Below, piece by piece: positions 38,140 through 50,797 of a stretch of 64,000 bases of DNA (the first letter of the stretch is position 1; each line of letters begins with the position of its first letter). The DNA is taken from positions 19,158,001 to 19,222,000 of the forward strand of contig OZ024759.1 of assembly GCA_964016885.1 (NCBI GenBank), in the 5' to 3' direction. The notes under the pieces were generated by a model, which did not search any database, was not told the origin of the DNA, and was given only the letters and a program-made list of their open reading frames with translations. The position numbers and the translations under genes were made by a program. This stretch comes from Eledone cirrhosa. Its lineage: Eukaryota.

Positions 38140-41100
38140 TAGTTGTTGCTCTCGTAGTAGTAGTTGTTATAGTTGTTGTAGTGGTAGTAGTTGTTATAGT
38201 TGCAGTAGTGGTAGTAGTTGTTATAGTTACTGAAGTTGTTGTTGTAGTGGTAGTAATTGTTATAGTTGCTGTAGTTGTTGTTGTAGTGGTAGTAGTTGTT
38301 ATAGTTGTAGTAGTGGTAGTAGTTGTTATAGTTGCTGTAGTTGTTGTAGTAGTGGTAGTAGTTGTTATAGTTGCTGTAGTTGTTGTTGTAGTGGTAGTAG
38401 TTGTTATAGTTGCTGTAGTGCTAGTAGTTGTTATAGTTGCTGTAGTTGTTGTTGTAGTGGTAGTAATTGTTATAGTTGCTGTAGTTGTTGTTGTAGTGGT
38501 AGTAATTGTTATAGTTGCTGTAGTTGTTGTAGTAGTGGTAGTAGTTGTTATAGTTGCTGTAGTTGTTGTAGTAGTGGTAGTAGTTGTTATAGTTGCTGTA
38601 GTTGTTGTTGTAGTGGTAGTAGTTGTTATAGTTGCTGTAGTTGTTGTAGTAGTGGTAGTAGTTGTTATAGTTGCTGTAGTTGTTGTAGTAGTGGTAGTAG
38701 TTGTTATAGTTGCTGTAGTTGTTGTTGTAGTGGTAGTAGTTGTTATAGTTGCTGTAGTTGTTGTTGTAGTGGTAGTAATTGTTATAGTTGTAGTAGTGGT
38801 AGTAGTTGTTATAGTTGCTATAGTTGTTGTTGTAGTGGTAGTAGTTGTTATAGTTGCTGTAGTTGTTGTTGTAGTGGTAGTAATTGTTATAGTTGCTGTA
38901 GTTGTTGTTGTAGTGGTAGTAGTTGTTATAGTTGTAGTAGTGGTAGTAGTTGTTATAGTTACTGAAGTTGTTGTTGTAGTGGTAGTAATTGTTATAGTTG
39001 CTGTAGTTGTTGTTGTAGTGGTAGTAGTTGTTATAGTTGTAGTAGTGGTAGTAGTTGTTATAGTTGCAGTAGTGGTAGTAGTTGTTATAGTTACTGAAGT
39101 TGTTGTTGTAGTGGTAGTAATTGTTATAGTTGCTGTAGTTGTTGTTGTAGTGGTAGTAGTTGTTATAGTTGTAGTAGTGGTAGTAGTTGTTATAGTTGCA
39201 GTAGTGGTAGTAGTTGTTATAGCTGCAGTAGTGGTAGTAGTTGTTATAGTTGCTGTAGTTGTTGTTGTAGTGGTAGTAATTGTTATAGTTGCTGTAGTTG
39301 TTCTTGTAGTGGTAGTAATTGTTATAGTTGTAGTAGTGGTAGTAGTTGTTATAGTTGTAGTAGTGGTAGTAGTTGTTATAGTTGCAGTAGTGGTAGTAGT
39401 TGTTATAGTTGCTGTAGTTGTTGTTGTAGTGATAGTAGTTGTTATAGTTGCTGTAGTTGTTGTTGTAGTGGTAGTAGTTGTTATAGTTGCATAGTTGTTG
39501 TTGTAGTGGTAGTAGTTGTTATAGTTGCATAGTTGTTGTTGTAGTGGTAGTAGTTGTTATAGTTGCAGTAGTGGTAGTAGTTGTTATAGTTGCTGTAGTT
39601 GTTGTTGTAGTGGTAGTAGTTGTTATAGTTGCATAGTTGTTGTTGTAGTGGTAGTAGTTGTTATAGTTGCAGTAGTGGTAGTAGTTGTTATAGTTGCTGT
39701 AGTTGTTGTTGTAGTGGTAGTAGTTGTTATAGTTGCTGTAGTTGTTGTTGTAGTGGTAGTAGTTGTTATAGTTGCTGTAGTTGTTGTTGTAGTGGTAGTA
39801 GTTGTTATAGTTGCAGTAGTGGTAGTAGTTGTTATAGTTGCTGTAGTTGTTGTTGTAGTGGTAGTAGTTGTTATAGTTGCAGTAGTGGTAGTAGTTGTTA
39901 TAGTTGCTGTAGTTGTTGTTGTAGTGGTAGTAGTTGTTATAGTTGCTGTAGTTGTTGTTGTAGTGGTAGTAGTTGTTATAGTTGTAGTAGTGGTAGTAGT
40001 TCTTATAGTTGCTGTAGTTGTTGTTGTAGTGGTAGTAGTTGTTATAGTTGCTGTAGTTGTTGTTGTAGTGGTAGTAGTTGTTGTTGTTGTTGTAGTGGTA
40101 GTAGTTGTTATAGTTGCAGTAGTGGTAGTAGTTGTTATAGTTGCTGTAGTTGTTGTTGTAGTGGTAGTAGTTGTTATAGTTGCAGTAGTGGTAGTAGTTC
40201 TTATAGTTGCTGTAGTTGTTGTTGTAGTGGTAGTAGTTGTTATAGTTGCTGTAGTTGTTGTTGTAGTGGTAGTAGTTGTTATAGTTGTAGTAGTGGTAGT
40301 AGTTCTTATAGTTGCTGTAGTTGTTGTTGTAGTGGTAGTAGTTGTTATAGTTGCTGTAGTTGTTGTTGTAGTGGTAGTAGTTGTTATAGTTGCAGTAGTG
40401 CTAGTAGTTGTTATAGTTGCTGTAGTTGTTGTTGTAGTGGTAGTAATTGTTATAGTTGCTGTAGTTGTTGTTGTAGTGGTAGTAATTGTTATAGTTGCAG
40501 TAGTGGTAGTAATTGTTATAGTTGCTGTAGTTGTTGTTGTAGTGGTAGTAATTGTTATAGTTGCAGTAGTGGTAGTAGTTGTTATAGTTGCTGTAGTTGT
40601 TGTTGTAGTGGTAGTAATTGTTATAGTTGCAGTAGTGGTAGTAATTGTTATAGTTGCTGTAGTTGTTGTTGTAGTGGTAGTAATTGTTATAGTTGCTGTA
40701 GTTGTTGTTGTAGTGGTAGTAATTGTTATAGTTGCTGTAGTTGTTGTTGTAGTGGTAGTAGTTGTTATAGTTGCTGTAGTGCTAGTAGTTGTTATAGTTG
40801 CTGTAGTTGTTGTTGTAGTGGTAGTAATTGTGATAGTTGCTGTAGTGCTAGTAGTTGTTATAGTTGCTGTAGTTGTTGTTGTAGTGGTAGTAAGTGTTAT
40901 AGTTGCTGTAGTTGTTGTTGTAGTGGTAGTAGTTGTTATAGTTGCTGTAGTGCTAGTAGTTGTTATAGTTGCTGTAGTTGTTGTTGTAGTGGTAGTAATT
41001 GTTATAGTTGCTGTAGTTGTTGTTGTAGTGGTAGTAATTGTTATAGTTGCTGTAGTTGTTGTTGTAGTGGTAGTAGTTGTTATAGTTGCTGTAGTTGTTG

Positions 41101-42030
41101 TTGTAGTGGTAGTAGTTGTTATAGTTGCTGTAGTGCTAGTAGTTATTATAGTTGCTGTAGTTGTTGTTGTAGTGGTAGTAATTGTGATAGTTGCTGTAGT
41201 GCTAGTAGTTGTTATAGTTGCTGTAGTTGTTGTTGTAGTGGTAGTAATTGTTATAGTTGCTGTAGTTGTTGTTGTAGTGGTAGTAGTTGTTATAGTTGCT
41301 GTAGTTGTTGTTGTAGTGGTAGTAATTGTTATAGTTGCTGTAGTTGTTGTTGTAGTGGTAGTAGTTGTTATAGTTGTAGTAGTGGTAGTAGTTGTTATAG
41401 TTGCTGTAGTTGTTGTTGTAGTGGTAGTAGTTGTTATAGTTGCTGTAGTTGTTGTTGTAGTGGTAGTAGTTGTTATAGTTGCTGTAGTTGTTGTTGTAGT
41501 GGTAGTAATTGTTATAGTTGCTGTAGTTGTTGTTGTAGTGGTAGTAATTGTTATAGTTGTAGTAGTGGTAGTAGTTGTTATAGTTGCTGTAGTTGTTGTT
41601 GTAGTGGTAGTAGTTGTTATAGTTGCTGTAGTTGTTGTTGTAGTGGTAGTAATTGTTATAGTTGCTGTAGTGCTAGTAGTTGTTATAGTTGCTGTAGTTG
41701 TTGTTGTAGTGGTAGTAATTGTGATAGTTGCTGTAGTGCTAGTAGCTGTTATAGTTGCTGTAGTTGTTGTTGTAGTGGTAGTAATTGTTATAGTTGCTGT
41801 AGTTGTTGTTGTAGTGGTAGTTGTTGTTGTAGTGGTAGTAGTTGTTATAGTTGCTGTAGTTGTTGTTGTAGTGGTAGTAATTGTTATAGTTGCTGTAGTT
41901 GTTATAGTTGCTGTAGTTGTTGTTGTAGTGGTAGTAGTTGTTATAGTTGCTGTAGTTGTTGTTGTAGTGGTAGTAATTTGTTATAGTTGTAGTAGTGGTA
42001 GTAGTTGTTATAGTTGCTGTGGTTGTTGTT
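38140..42030. repeat. About 3.9-kb (GTT/GTA)n-derived compound repeat with 24- and 36-bp higher-order units
   Basis: Unit gttgctgtagttgttgttgtagtggtagtagttgttata and shorter variants. Confidence 0.95.
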
Positions 42031-42661
42031 GTCAATTCAAGACTAATATTTATTTTGGAATCAGATTTTTTTTTAAACACAAATTATTTTCAGTGAATCG
42101 AAAGAAAGTATAGAATCGTTTGCCAAATATTGATTGTTCTATAATCGATGTTGTGTATCGGTGTTGGGCCACAGATATCGATATACCATCTTGCTACTTC
42201 CTGTCGGGATCTCGTTCTCAATATCTTTTCTCAGGTGGAACTAACGGAGGTGCAGTGGGGTGGTTTGAAGATCAGAAAAAGATAACAATGATGATTGGAT
42301 ATGTGTGGCTTTATATTAAGAGTATTGAATTCACGTTCGCAAGATGGTGGGTTCGCTTCCACCACCGGGTGGCGTGTTGTGTGTTTTGAAGGAAACATGC
42401 AAATATTCTTTGTTTCACGTTGCCCCCAATATCGGGAGTTGCAACCGACAGACAGTACCGGAAGTGAAAAGATAAATGGAAGCAATGTCTCCTTGGTCCG
42501 ATCTGAGTATTGACTCCTTATTATATATATATATATATATATATTTATTGTATAGAAGGAGGTAGGATGGTATCTAAATACCCCCCCCCCCTCCGCCCCA
42601 GCCACCACCCCTCCCTTACCACTACCTAAATGTATAAATACCAGAACTTAATATGACACCC

Positions 42662-42712
42662 AGCTTCCTGAAGATTTCATCTGAATGAAACAGTACTAGT
42701 CCTGTAGAAGCT
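42662..42712 (+). ncRNA. Type-I hammerhead ribozyme, family I
   Basis: AGCTTC-CTGAAGA-TTTCA(tc)TGAAT-GAAA-CAG(tACTAGTc)CTG-TA-GAAGCT. Confidence 0.85.
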
Positions 42713-43083
42713 CCTTCTATACAATAAAAATGTGTTTACTCTGCCATGTATTGAGTACCTTACTGACTGTGGTTATCCCCGACTCAACCCGGGACCTACG
42801 TATATATATATATATATATACAGACGGGACGGGTAGCAGTAAACTATGGTACAGGCCTAGATGGGTCATTGTTTGGCTGAGAGGGTGAACTGACTAAGCG
42901 AATTTCGTTGATATCTGCGGTAGCTAATGGTCAACTTCCTTCGGACATGCGCCTGCGCAGACCGGTGGGGGTGAATTGGTACTCACAGGGGAACGGATGA
43001 AAAACCCAAAAGCACACAATTCATCCGTTCCCATGTCGATTCAACTTGGATTGCCTCGGAAACATAACCTTATTATGTAACAA

Positions 43084-43157
43084 GCTGTCTGATGATGTCA
43101 CGACACTCGCACACAGAACAGTGTGGCCAGTGTCGTCATTGAAATATATATCACAGC
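43084..43157 (+). ncRNA. Type-I hammerhead ribozyme, family E-related
   Basis: GCTGT-CTGATGA-TGTCACGACACT...AGTGTCGTCATT-GAAA-TATATA-TC-ACAGC. Confidence 0.88.
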
Positions 43158-43284
43158 ATTATTATTAAAGGACTTGAACATCTGAAACTACTTCGCTTTT
43201 ACTTATTCTATATATATATATATATATATATTGAAATGGAAATATATATATAGAAGTGGTTACACAACAGTTAGTTCACCATAC

Positions 43285-43322
43285 CGAGAACAATTGTTTC
43301 ACCTTAGCGGATCCTCAGCTCG
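43285..43322 (-). ncRNA. Hammerhead ribozyme, family J (left arm of palindrome 43251-43418)
   Basis: CGAG-CTGAGGA-TCC(gctaa)GGT-GAAA-CAATTG-TT-CTCG. Confidence 0.8.
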
Positions 43323-43346
43323 TAATGGACATATATATGTCCATTA

Positions 43347-43384
43347 CGAACTGAGGATCCGCTTAGGTGAAACAATTGTTCTCG
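43347..43384 (+). ncRNA. Hammerhead ribozyme, family J (right arm)
   Basis: CGAA-CTGAGGA-TCC(gctta)GGT-GAAA-CAATTG-TT-CTCG; one stem I mismatch. Confidence 0.72.
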
Positions 43385-43494
43385 GTATGGTGAACTAACT
43401 GTTGTGTAACCACTTCTACCTAACTCGTCCCATGGACTGAGTGCTCTACCACTACGGATATTACCTTCCAGTGTTCTACCACTATATGTATATA

Positions 43495-43590
<96 letters not shown>

Positions 43591-43802
43591 GTTAGTTGCT
43601 TCACCACTGGATAGAACTGGTCATTCCGTATGGTCAATCTCGATGTAATATTATGGAGAGTACTCAACGTAATGCAACTCACCCATCTTCGTTTGTGTAG
43701 TTGGTGGTGCGAGTACGGAGTTAATTATTATAAAATAACAGGAGGCTGGACTGGTGTAAATCCTTTCAAGGATTTACACCAGTCCAGCCTCCTGTTATTT
43801 TA

Positions 43803-43845
<43 letters not shown>

Positions 43846-43882
43846 AAATAACATGTGCTTACGCCGTATTTGACTAAATAGA

Positions 43883-43922
<40 letters not shown>

Positions 43923-44222
43923 ACAGATTAAAGTTTAAACAAAGAAGATCCCGTTAAGGGTGAAAGCAGCGATTCTTTGCTTAAACTTTAATCTGTTATT
44001 TTAATAAATATTTGCTCTACGGTTTTATATATTTTATATATATATTTTCCTCATCGCGCCCTATTCGGATTTTAGTCTTCACATTTATTATTCTTACTAT
44101 ATATATATATATATATTCTTACTATATATATATATATATAGATAATTTAATATATCTACTAACATAAGCGCACAGATGTACGCCAATGCCAGCAAATACA
44201 CAGGTTATGTCATAGTACTTCA

Positions 44223-44302
44223 CTCCAACTAATTAGTTTCTGCAATGGGATAAAGACAGTTACGTAATCAACCGTTGAGAATTTCATTGCGTCATCAGGG
44301 AG
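44223..44302 (-). ncRNA. Hammerhead ribozyme, family K (left arm)
   Basis: Inverted copy of 44420-44499. Confidence 0.78.
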
Positions 44303-44419
44303 GTCATTCTCAGCCGAGTCTCCAGGCGATGCGCGGACACTGGCGACTCATATAAAAATAATAATAATTCGGTAAATGGAACAGCTATCGAGGACTGGAT
44401 TCCAGCTACTGAGAATGAG

Positions 44420-44499
44420 CTCCCTGATGACGCAATGAAATTCTCAACGGTTCATTACGTAACTGTCTTTATCCCATTGCAGAAACTAATTAGTTGGAG
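44420..44499 (+). ncRNA. Hammerhead ribozyme, family K (long stem II)
   Basis: CTCC-CTGATGA-C-GCAATG...CATTGC-A-GAAA-CTAATTAG-TT-GGAG. Confidence 0.78.
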
Positions 44500-44564
44500 T
44501 GAAAATGTAAGTAAGTAAGTTAATTTTTTTTTTTAATTTTTTTTTTAAATTTTCTTATTTTACG

Positions 44565-44652
<88 letters not shown>

Positions 44653-44819
44653 AATTAATATCTAGTAACAGATATATACATACAGATGCATATCAATGCT
44701 AGCAAATATATAGGTTTTGTCTTAGTATCTTTGTGGTTCAATGCATGGGGTTGCAGAACAATAATATGAGAGACGTAAAATAAGAAAATTATAAAATTAA
44801 CTTACTTACTAAAATATAT

Positions 44820-45105
44820 ATCAGGAGACACAAAGCAGGCTTTGTTTAGAAACGGCTAGCGAATTTGAAAATTAGGTACTAATATGTAGTAACGGCGTAT
44901 TTGACTAAATAGAATTAGTCTGTTGTTTGGGATTTTTTTTTTAAAAACCTTCTGAATGAAAAAAGGATGAGTATTGACGTACATGGGATACGTACCCGCA
45001 TCTTTGGTTTCCCGGACCAATGTGTATGTCCGGCAAACCAAAGATGTGGGTTCGTGTCCCACATACTAATTCTATTTAGTCAAATACGGCGTAAGCACAT
45101 GTTAT

Positions 45106-45112
<7 letters not shown>
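44820..45112. repeat. Family C-related foldback with a long internal hairpin
   Basis: cgtatttgactaaatagaattagt / actaattctatttagtcaaatacg arms; hairpin at 44985-45060; a further fragment at 43841-43888. Confidence 0.7.
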
Positions 45113-45196
<84 letters not shown>

Positions 45197-45367
45197 TTAA
45201 AGAGTTAAACAAGATTCAATGAGTACATCAAAGAATGAGTTTTACAGTTGATTGGAAGCACTCTACAGTAAAATAGTTATTAATAGTTATTAAAAATAGT
45301 TATTAAAAATAGTTATTAATATTAAAATACAAATATTAATAAAATAGATGTTCTTTTGATCAATTAA

Positions 45368-45420
45368 ATTTTATTATACATATTTCAGAGGTACAACAGT
45401 ACGTCCTCATCAGACAAAAT
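45368..45420 (-). ncRNA. Type-I hammerhead ribozyme, family L
   Basis: ATTTTGT-CTGATGA-GGACGTAC(tgtt)GTACCTCT-GAAA-TATGTA-TA-ATAAAAT. Confidence 0.83.
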
Positions 45421-45674
45421 ATAATGATACATGACCTACCCTGAGATGTTAAATGGTTAAGATTTAATCAAGGTAGTGATAGTGATTTAGTCAAGGTGGT
45501 GGATGTGGGGTTGGTGGTGTGGTGGTGGCGGGCGTGGCGTGGTCAGAAGTATTCATTCATAATATTCGGTTTCTTATTTCTTGTTTTACTTTCGCTTCTG
45601 ATTCTATTTTCTGTATTCTTAAACCTTCTCGCTTGCCACCAGTTCATTCATCATTGTGTAACTCAGTCGTAACT

Positions 45675-46750
45675 TTCATCATCATCATTTTCATCATCAT
45701 CATCATTGTGATAATTAATCATCATCATCATCATCATCATCATTGTGATAATTAATCATCATCATCATCATCATCATCATTGTGATAATTAATCATCATC
45801 ATCATCATCACCATCACCATCACCACAATCATCATCATCATCACCATCATCACCATCATCATCACCACCATCATCATCCCCATCATCACCATCATCACCA
45901 CCATCACCATCATCACTATCACCATCATCATCATCATCACCATCATCACCATCATCACCATCATCGCCATCATCATCACACCCATCACCATCATCATCAT
46001 CATCATCATCATCATCACCACAATCACCATCATCACCACCACCATAATCACCATCACCATCATCACCATCATCATCACCACCATCACCATCATCACCATC
46101 ATCATCACCACCATCACCATCATCACCACCATCATCATCATCACCACACCATCATTTTCCTCGTCACCACTATCATCACCATCATCGTCATTATCATCAT
46201 TATCATCATTTTCATCATCATCATCATCATTGTGATAATTAATCATCATCATCATCATCATGATAATAGCCATCATGATGATGATCATCATCATCATTTT
46301 CGTCGTCACCACTATCACCAACATCATTTTCACCACCACCACCATTATCACCACCACCACCACCACCATCACCATCACCACCACCACCACCACCACCTCC
46401 ACTACTATCACCACCACCACCACCACTATCACCACCACCACCACCACCACCACCACCACTATCACCACCACCACCACCACTATCACCACCACTACCACTA
46501 TCAACACTACCACCACTATCACCACCACCACCACCACCACCACTATCACCACCACCACCACCACCACCACCACTATCACCACCACTACCACTATCAACAC
46601 TACCACCACTACCACCACCACTACCACTATCAACACTACCACCACCACCACTATCACCACCACCACCACTATCACCACCACCACCACCACCACCACCAAT
46701 ATGACCATCACCATCATCAATCATCATCAATCATCATCATCATCATCAAC
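45675..46750. repeat. (CAT/CAC)n compound microsatellite
   Basis: Directly visible. Confidence 0.95.
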
Positions 46751-47127
46751 ATTATCTTCCTCCCCCCCACGCCGCCCTCCTCACAATCAATATTTTTTTC
46801 CTCTGTATTTCAAATTACATCAGCAACCTTCTCCTCATATGCTAATTCTGTCATTGATTGAATATTAATTAGGGCTTGCCTGGAACAATCAATAACACAC
46901 AAATGTGCTTTCGATACAATTCAATATATGTGTGCTGATAAGAAAGTTAACATAAATGCCAATATACAATCATATATATATATATGTATGTATATATATA
47001 TTTATATATATATGTGTGTGTGTGTGTATGTATTTATATATATATATGTGTGTGTGTGTATGTATTTATATATATATGTATGTATGTATATATATGTATA
47101 TATGTATGTATATATATATATACATAC

Positions 47128-47164
<37 letters not shown>

Positions 47165-47252
47165 TGTATATATATATGTATGTATATATATATATGTATG
47201 TATATATATATATGTATATATATTTATGTATGTATATATATATTTATGTATG

Positions 47253-47285
<33 letters not shown>

Positions 47286-47466
47286 ATATATATATGTATG
47301 TATATATGTATATATATGTATGTATATATGTATATGTATGTATATATATGTATATGTATGTATGTATATATATATATATATTGTATATATATATATATGT
47401 ATATGTATATGTATATATATATGCATATATATATATATATACCTATCTTTATATGTATATACATAC

Positions 47467-47498
<32 letters not shown>

Positions 47499-47604
47499 GC
47501 ATATATGCATATCTATATATATGTATTATGTATATAAATATATGTATATATATAAGTAATTAAATGTTTATGCATATACATTTATATAAATATATATGTA
47601 TTTA

Positions 47605-47654
<50 letters not shown>

Positions 47655-47667
47655 CATACACACACAC

Positions 47668-47744
<77 letters not shown>

Positions 47745-47960
47745 CTTATGTATTCATGCATAAGACAACGTACATTAGAATATCTAATTAATACTAGAAG
47801 ATTAATGTAGACATAACTACATTAAAATATTAGCCTGGCTGTGGAAAGAAATAAGTATAAACACACGTCTTGTTATTCCCTTCGCACACCGAAACACCTA
47901 AGAGATAACCCTTGATGTGCTTCACGTGTAATCGTCCGTGCATTAGAAGTTAGTAACCCT

Positions 47961-48366
47961 TATAAATGTTGCCTGTAGTTGTGATTGGATTAACAGCATC
48001 TTAGCAATACTCCCATGACTGCGGGATATAAACTATGCAGTATGGAAATGGCTAAACAGACTAAGATATGGTGTCGGGCGTCGTACAAAAGCGAATGTGG
48101 CAAACTGGAGTTATTTAAAGGGTGGGGGATGTTGTGTATAACTGCGGCATGGAGCCACAGTCGACGCGGCACCTCCATAGTGTGGCCCCTGCTGGAACAC
48201 CCCTGCACAGCATTGGACGTGGCAGAGTTTAATGAGAAAGGACAGCAATGTGTTCAGCTGTGGTGGAATCACATTTAGCTAAGCTTTATAACTGACACTG
48301 TTGTGGACACAAGAAGAAAGACTGTACAAGATTTTTAGCCGAGACTATGTGGACACGACAAGAAGA
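47961..48366 (+). mobile_element. Ingi/Vingi-like LINE 3' fragment
   Basis: Frameshifted WKWLNRLRYGVGR..CGMEPQSTRHL..PCTALDVAEFN..W..I*; (aag) tail; flanking direct repeat agtaaccct. Clade assignment is from motif memory. Confidence 0.7.
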
Positions 48367-48489
48367 AGTAACCCTAATGCTTTTGACTTTGAAGAGAAGT
48401 TTACAGCTGTCGCTATTCGTGTCCAATACAGACTGAGACTTAATTGAATTTCTCAGTCTAATTAACACTACTTGCATTCATTTAGCAAC

Positions 48490-48740
48490 GTAATCATCAT
48501 TGTCATCATCATCCTCAGTCGGTCATTTTCTATACTGGAATAATAGGTTGGACGGGGTTTAATGGTTTTAGTAATGAGGAGACGGAAAGTTCACGTCTTG
48601 CTCATAGTTCCATTTCTTGCAAGAGGTCTGTATCTGGATTCCTTTCCTCACACCAAACACTTTACAGGATGTACTGGATGCATCTTATCGTGACATCAGC
48701 TCTACTACATTACTGCGTGTATTGGGTGCATTGTATTGTG
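48490..48740 (-). mobile_element. RTE-related SINE, decayed
   Basis: Reverse-oriented similarity to 57790-58096, with (cat)n tail. Confidence 0.55.
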
Positions 48741-48799
48741 GCACAGGCACAACAAACTTAGTGTGTACTCGATGCTTTTCATTGTAACACCAACTCTAC

Positions 48800-49780
48800 C
48801 ACGTATTGGGTGCATTTTATTGTGGCACCAGCTCTACTACATTGCAGGGTGTATTGGATGCATTTTATTGTGGCACCAGTTCTACTATATTGCAGGGTGT
48901 ATTGGGTGTATTTTATTGTCGCAACAGTTCTACTATATTGCAGGGTGTATTGGGTGTATTTTATTGTGGCAACAGTTCTACTATATTGCAGGGTGTATTG
49001 GGTGTATTTTATTGTCGCACCAGTCCTACTATATTGCAGGGTGTATTGGGTGTATTTTATTGTCGCACCAGTTCTACTACATTGCAGGGTGTATTGGGTG
49101 TATTTTATTGTCGCACCAGTCCTACTATATTGCAGGGTGTATTGGGTGTATTTTATTGTCGCACCAGTTCTACTACATTGCAGGGTGTATTGGGTGTATT
49201 TTATTGTGGCAACAGTTCTACTATATTGCAGGTTGTATTGGGTGTATTTTATTGTCGCAACAGTTCTACTATATTGCAGGGTGTATTGGGTGTATTTTAT
49301 TGTCGCACCAGTCCTACTATATTGCAGGGTGTATTGGGTGTATTTTATTGTCGCACCAGTTCTACTACATTGCAGGGTGTATTGGGTGTATTTTATTGTC
49401 GCACCAGTCCTACTATATTGCAGGGTGTATTGGGTGTATTTTATTGTCGCACCAGTTCTACTACATTGCAGGGTGTATTGGGTGTATTTTATTGTCGCAC
49501 CAGTTCTACTACATTGCAGGGTGTATTGGGTGTATTTTATTGTCGCACCAGTTCTACTATATTGCAGGGTGTATTGGGTGTATTTTATTGTCGCACCAGT
49601 TCTACTATATTGCAGGGTGTATTGGGTGTATTTTATTGTCGCAACAGTCCTACTACATCGCAGGGTGTATTGGGTGTATCTTATTGTGGCACCAGTTCTA
49701 CTATATTGCAGGGTGTATTGGGTGCACTTTATTGTGGCACCAGTTCTATTACATTGCAAGTGTATTGGGTGCATTTTATT
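48800..49780. repeat. 48-bp minisatellite (about 20 units)
   Basis: Unit gggtgtattgggtgtattttattgtcgcaccagttctactatattgca. Confidence 0.97.
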
Positions 49781-49957
49781 GATGAGATTTATTTTCCAAC
49801 ATAGTCCCTGGAAAGAAACAACGCACATATTAATACGAAGAGTCGAAACAAATGCATGCAAGATTTCACAGCGCTAGCATCACTCCCTCATTGTCGGCCT
49901 ATGAACTTTTCAGCCTACCGTCGTATGTATATATATATATTTTTTTTCTCTCTCTCT

Positions 49958-50019
<62 letters not shown>

Positions 50020-50021
<2 letters not shown>

Positions 50022-50172
50022 AAGAAAGTGTGGTAAAAAAAAACCCAGGTGGACCATAACGCACCAGAGTACTCGATGCTTAGGGTAGTAGAGTGGGTAA
50101 TAGGAAAAGACTCAGGAACCCGACGGCTGAGCTCCGGTCGTGTTTCGACAGCTAGATCTGACAGTTCGGATC
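50020..50172 (-). mobile_element. Family H pLTR fragment
   Basis: Homologous to 32345-32520. Confidence 0.7.
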
Positions 50173-50211
50173 TCTCTCGCTCTCTCTCTCTCTCTACCTC
50201 TACACACACAC

Positions 50212-50247
<36 letters not shown>

Positions 50248-50249
50248 GA

Positions 50250-50342
50250 TATTTGTTTCTACTTTAGGCACAAGGCCAGCAATTACCCAGTTCATTACCA
50301 GTTTATTTTATCGACCCCGTAAGGATGAAAGGCAAAGTCAAC
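50250..50342 (-). mobile_element. Meta-like SINE 3' part
   Basis: Reverse complement of the shared SINE body. Confidence 0.8.
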
Positions 50343-50370
50343 ATGGAAACTATATTTATAAAACCATATT

Positions 50371-50435
50371 TATTTCATTATACATATTTCAAGGATACCA
50401 AGTTAAATTATGGTATGCCTTCATCAGACAAAATA
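50371..50435 (-). ncRNA. Hammerhead ribozyme, family L (left arm)
   Basis: Inverted copy of 50606-50670. Confidence 0.8.
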
Positions 50436-50605
50436 CAATATATACCAGTTTTATAAATCAACATTGACGTACCCTTTCAAAATGCGACCATTACTTTTGG
50501 AAGACATCAGGATAGTCTCCTGATAGTATCCTGATGTCTTCCAAAAGCAATGGTCGCATTTTGAAAGGGTACGTCAATGTTGATTTATAAAACTGGTATA
50601 TATTG

Positions 50606-50670
50606 TATTTTGTCTGATGAAGGCATGCCATAATTTAACTTGGTATCCTTGAAATATGTATAATGAAATA
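50606..50670 (+). ncRNA. Hammerhead ribozyme, family L (right arm)
   Basis: TATTTTGT-CTGATGA-AGGCATGCCA(10 nt)TGGTATCCTT-GAAA-TATGTA-TA-ATGAAATA. Confidence 0.8.
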
Positions 50671-50797
50671 AATATGGTTTTATAAATATAGTTTCCATTT
50701 GTTAATATCGTATATCTACTCCAAATACTTGTCGAGAGCTTTATATCAGTTATAAAAATATTTGCTTGTTGTATCCCAACAATTTAAATAGAACTTT

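Noticed and set aside
37941-42113. Val-rich and Cys/Ser-rich long ORFs (keratin-associated or metallothionein-like appearance)
   Set aside because: Product of a GTT/GTA compound repeat; no splice or codon evidence.
43432-43480. In-frame TGA after ATG as possible selenocysteine codon
   Set aside because: The downstream frame is not conserved between the two related copies and no SECIS was identified.
45752-46868. Poly-His, poly-Thr and Gly-rich ORFs
   Set aside because: (CAT/CAC)n microsatellite.
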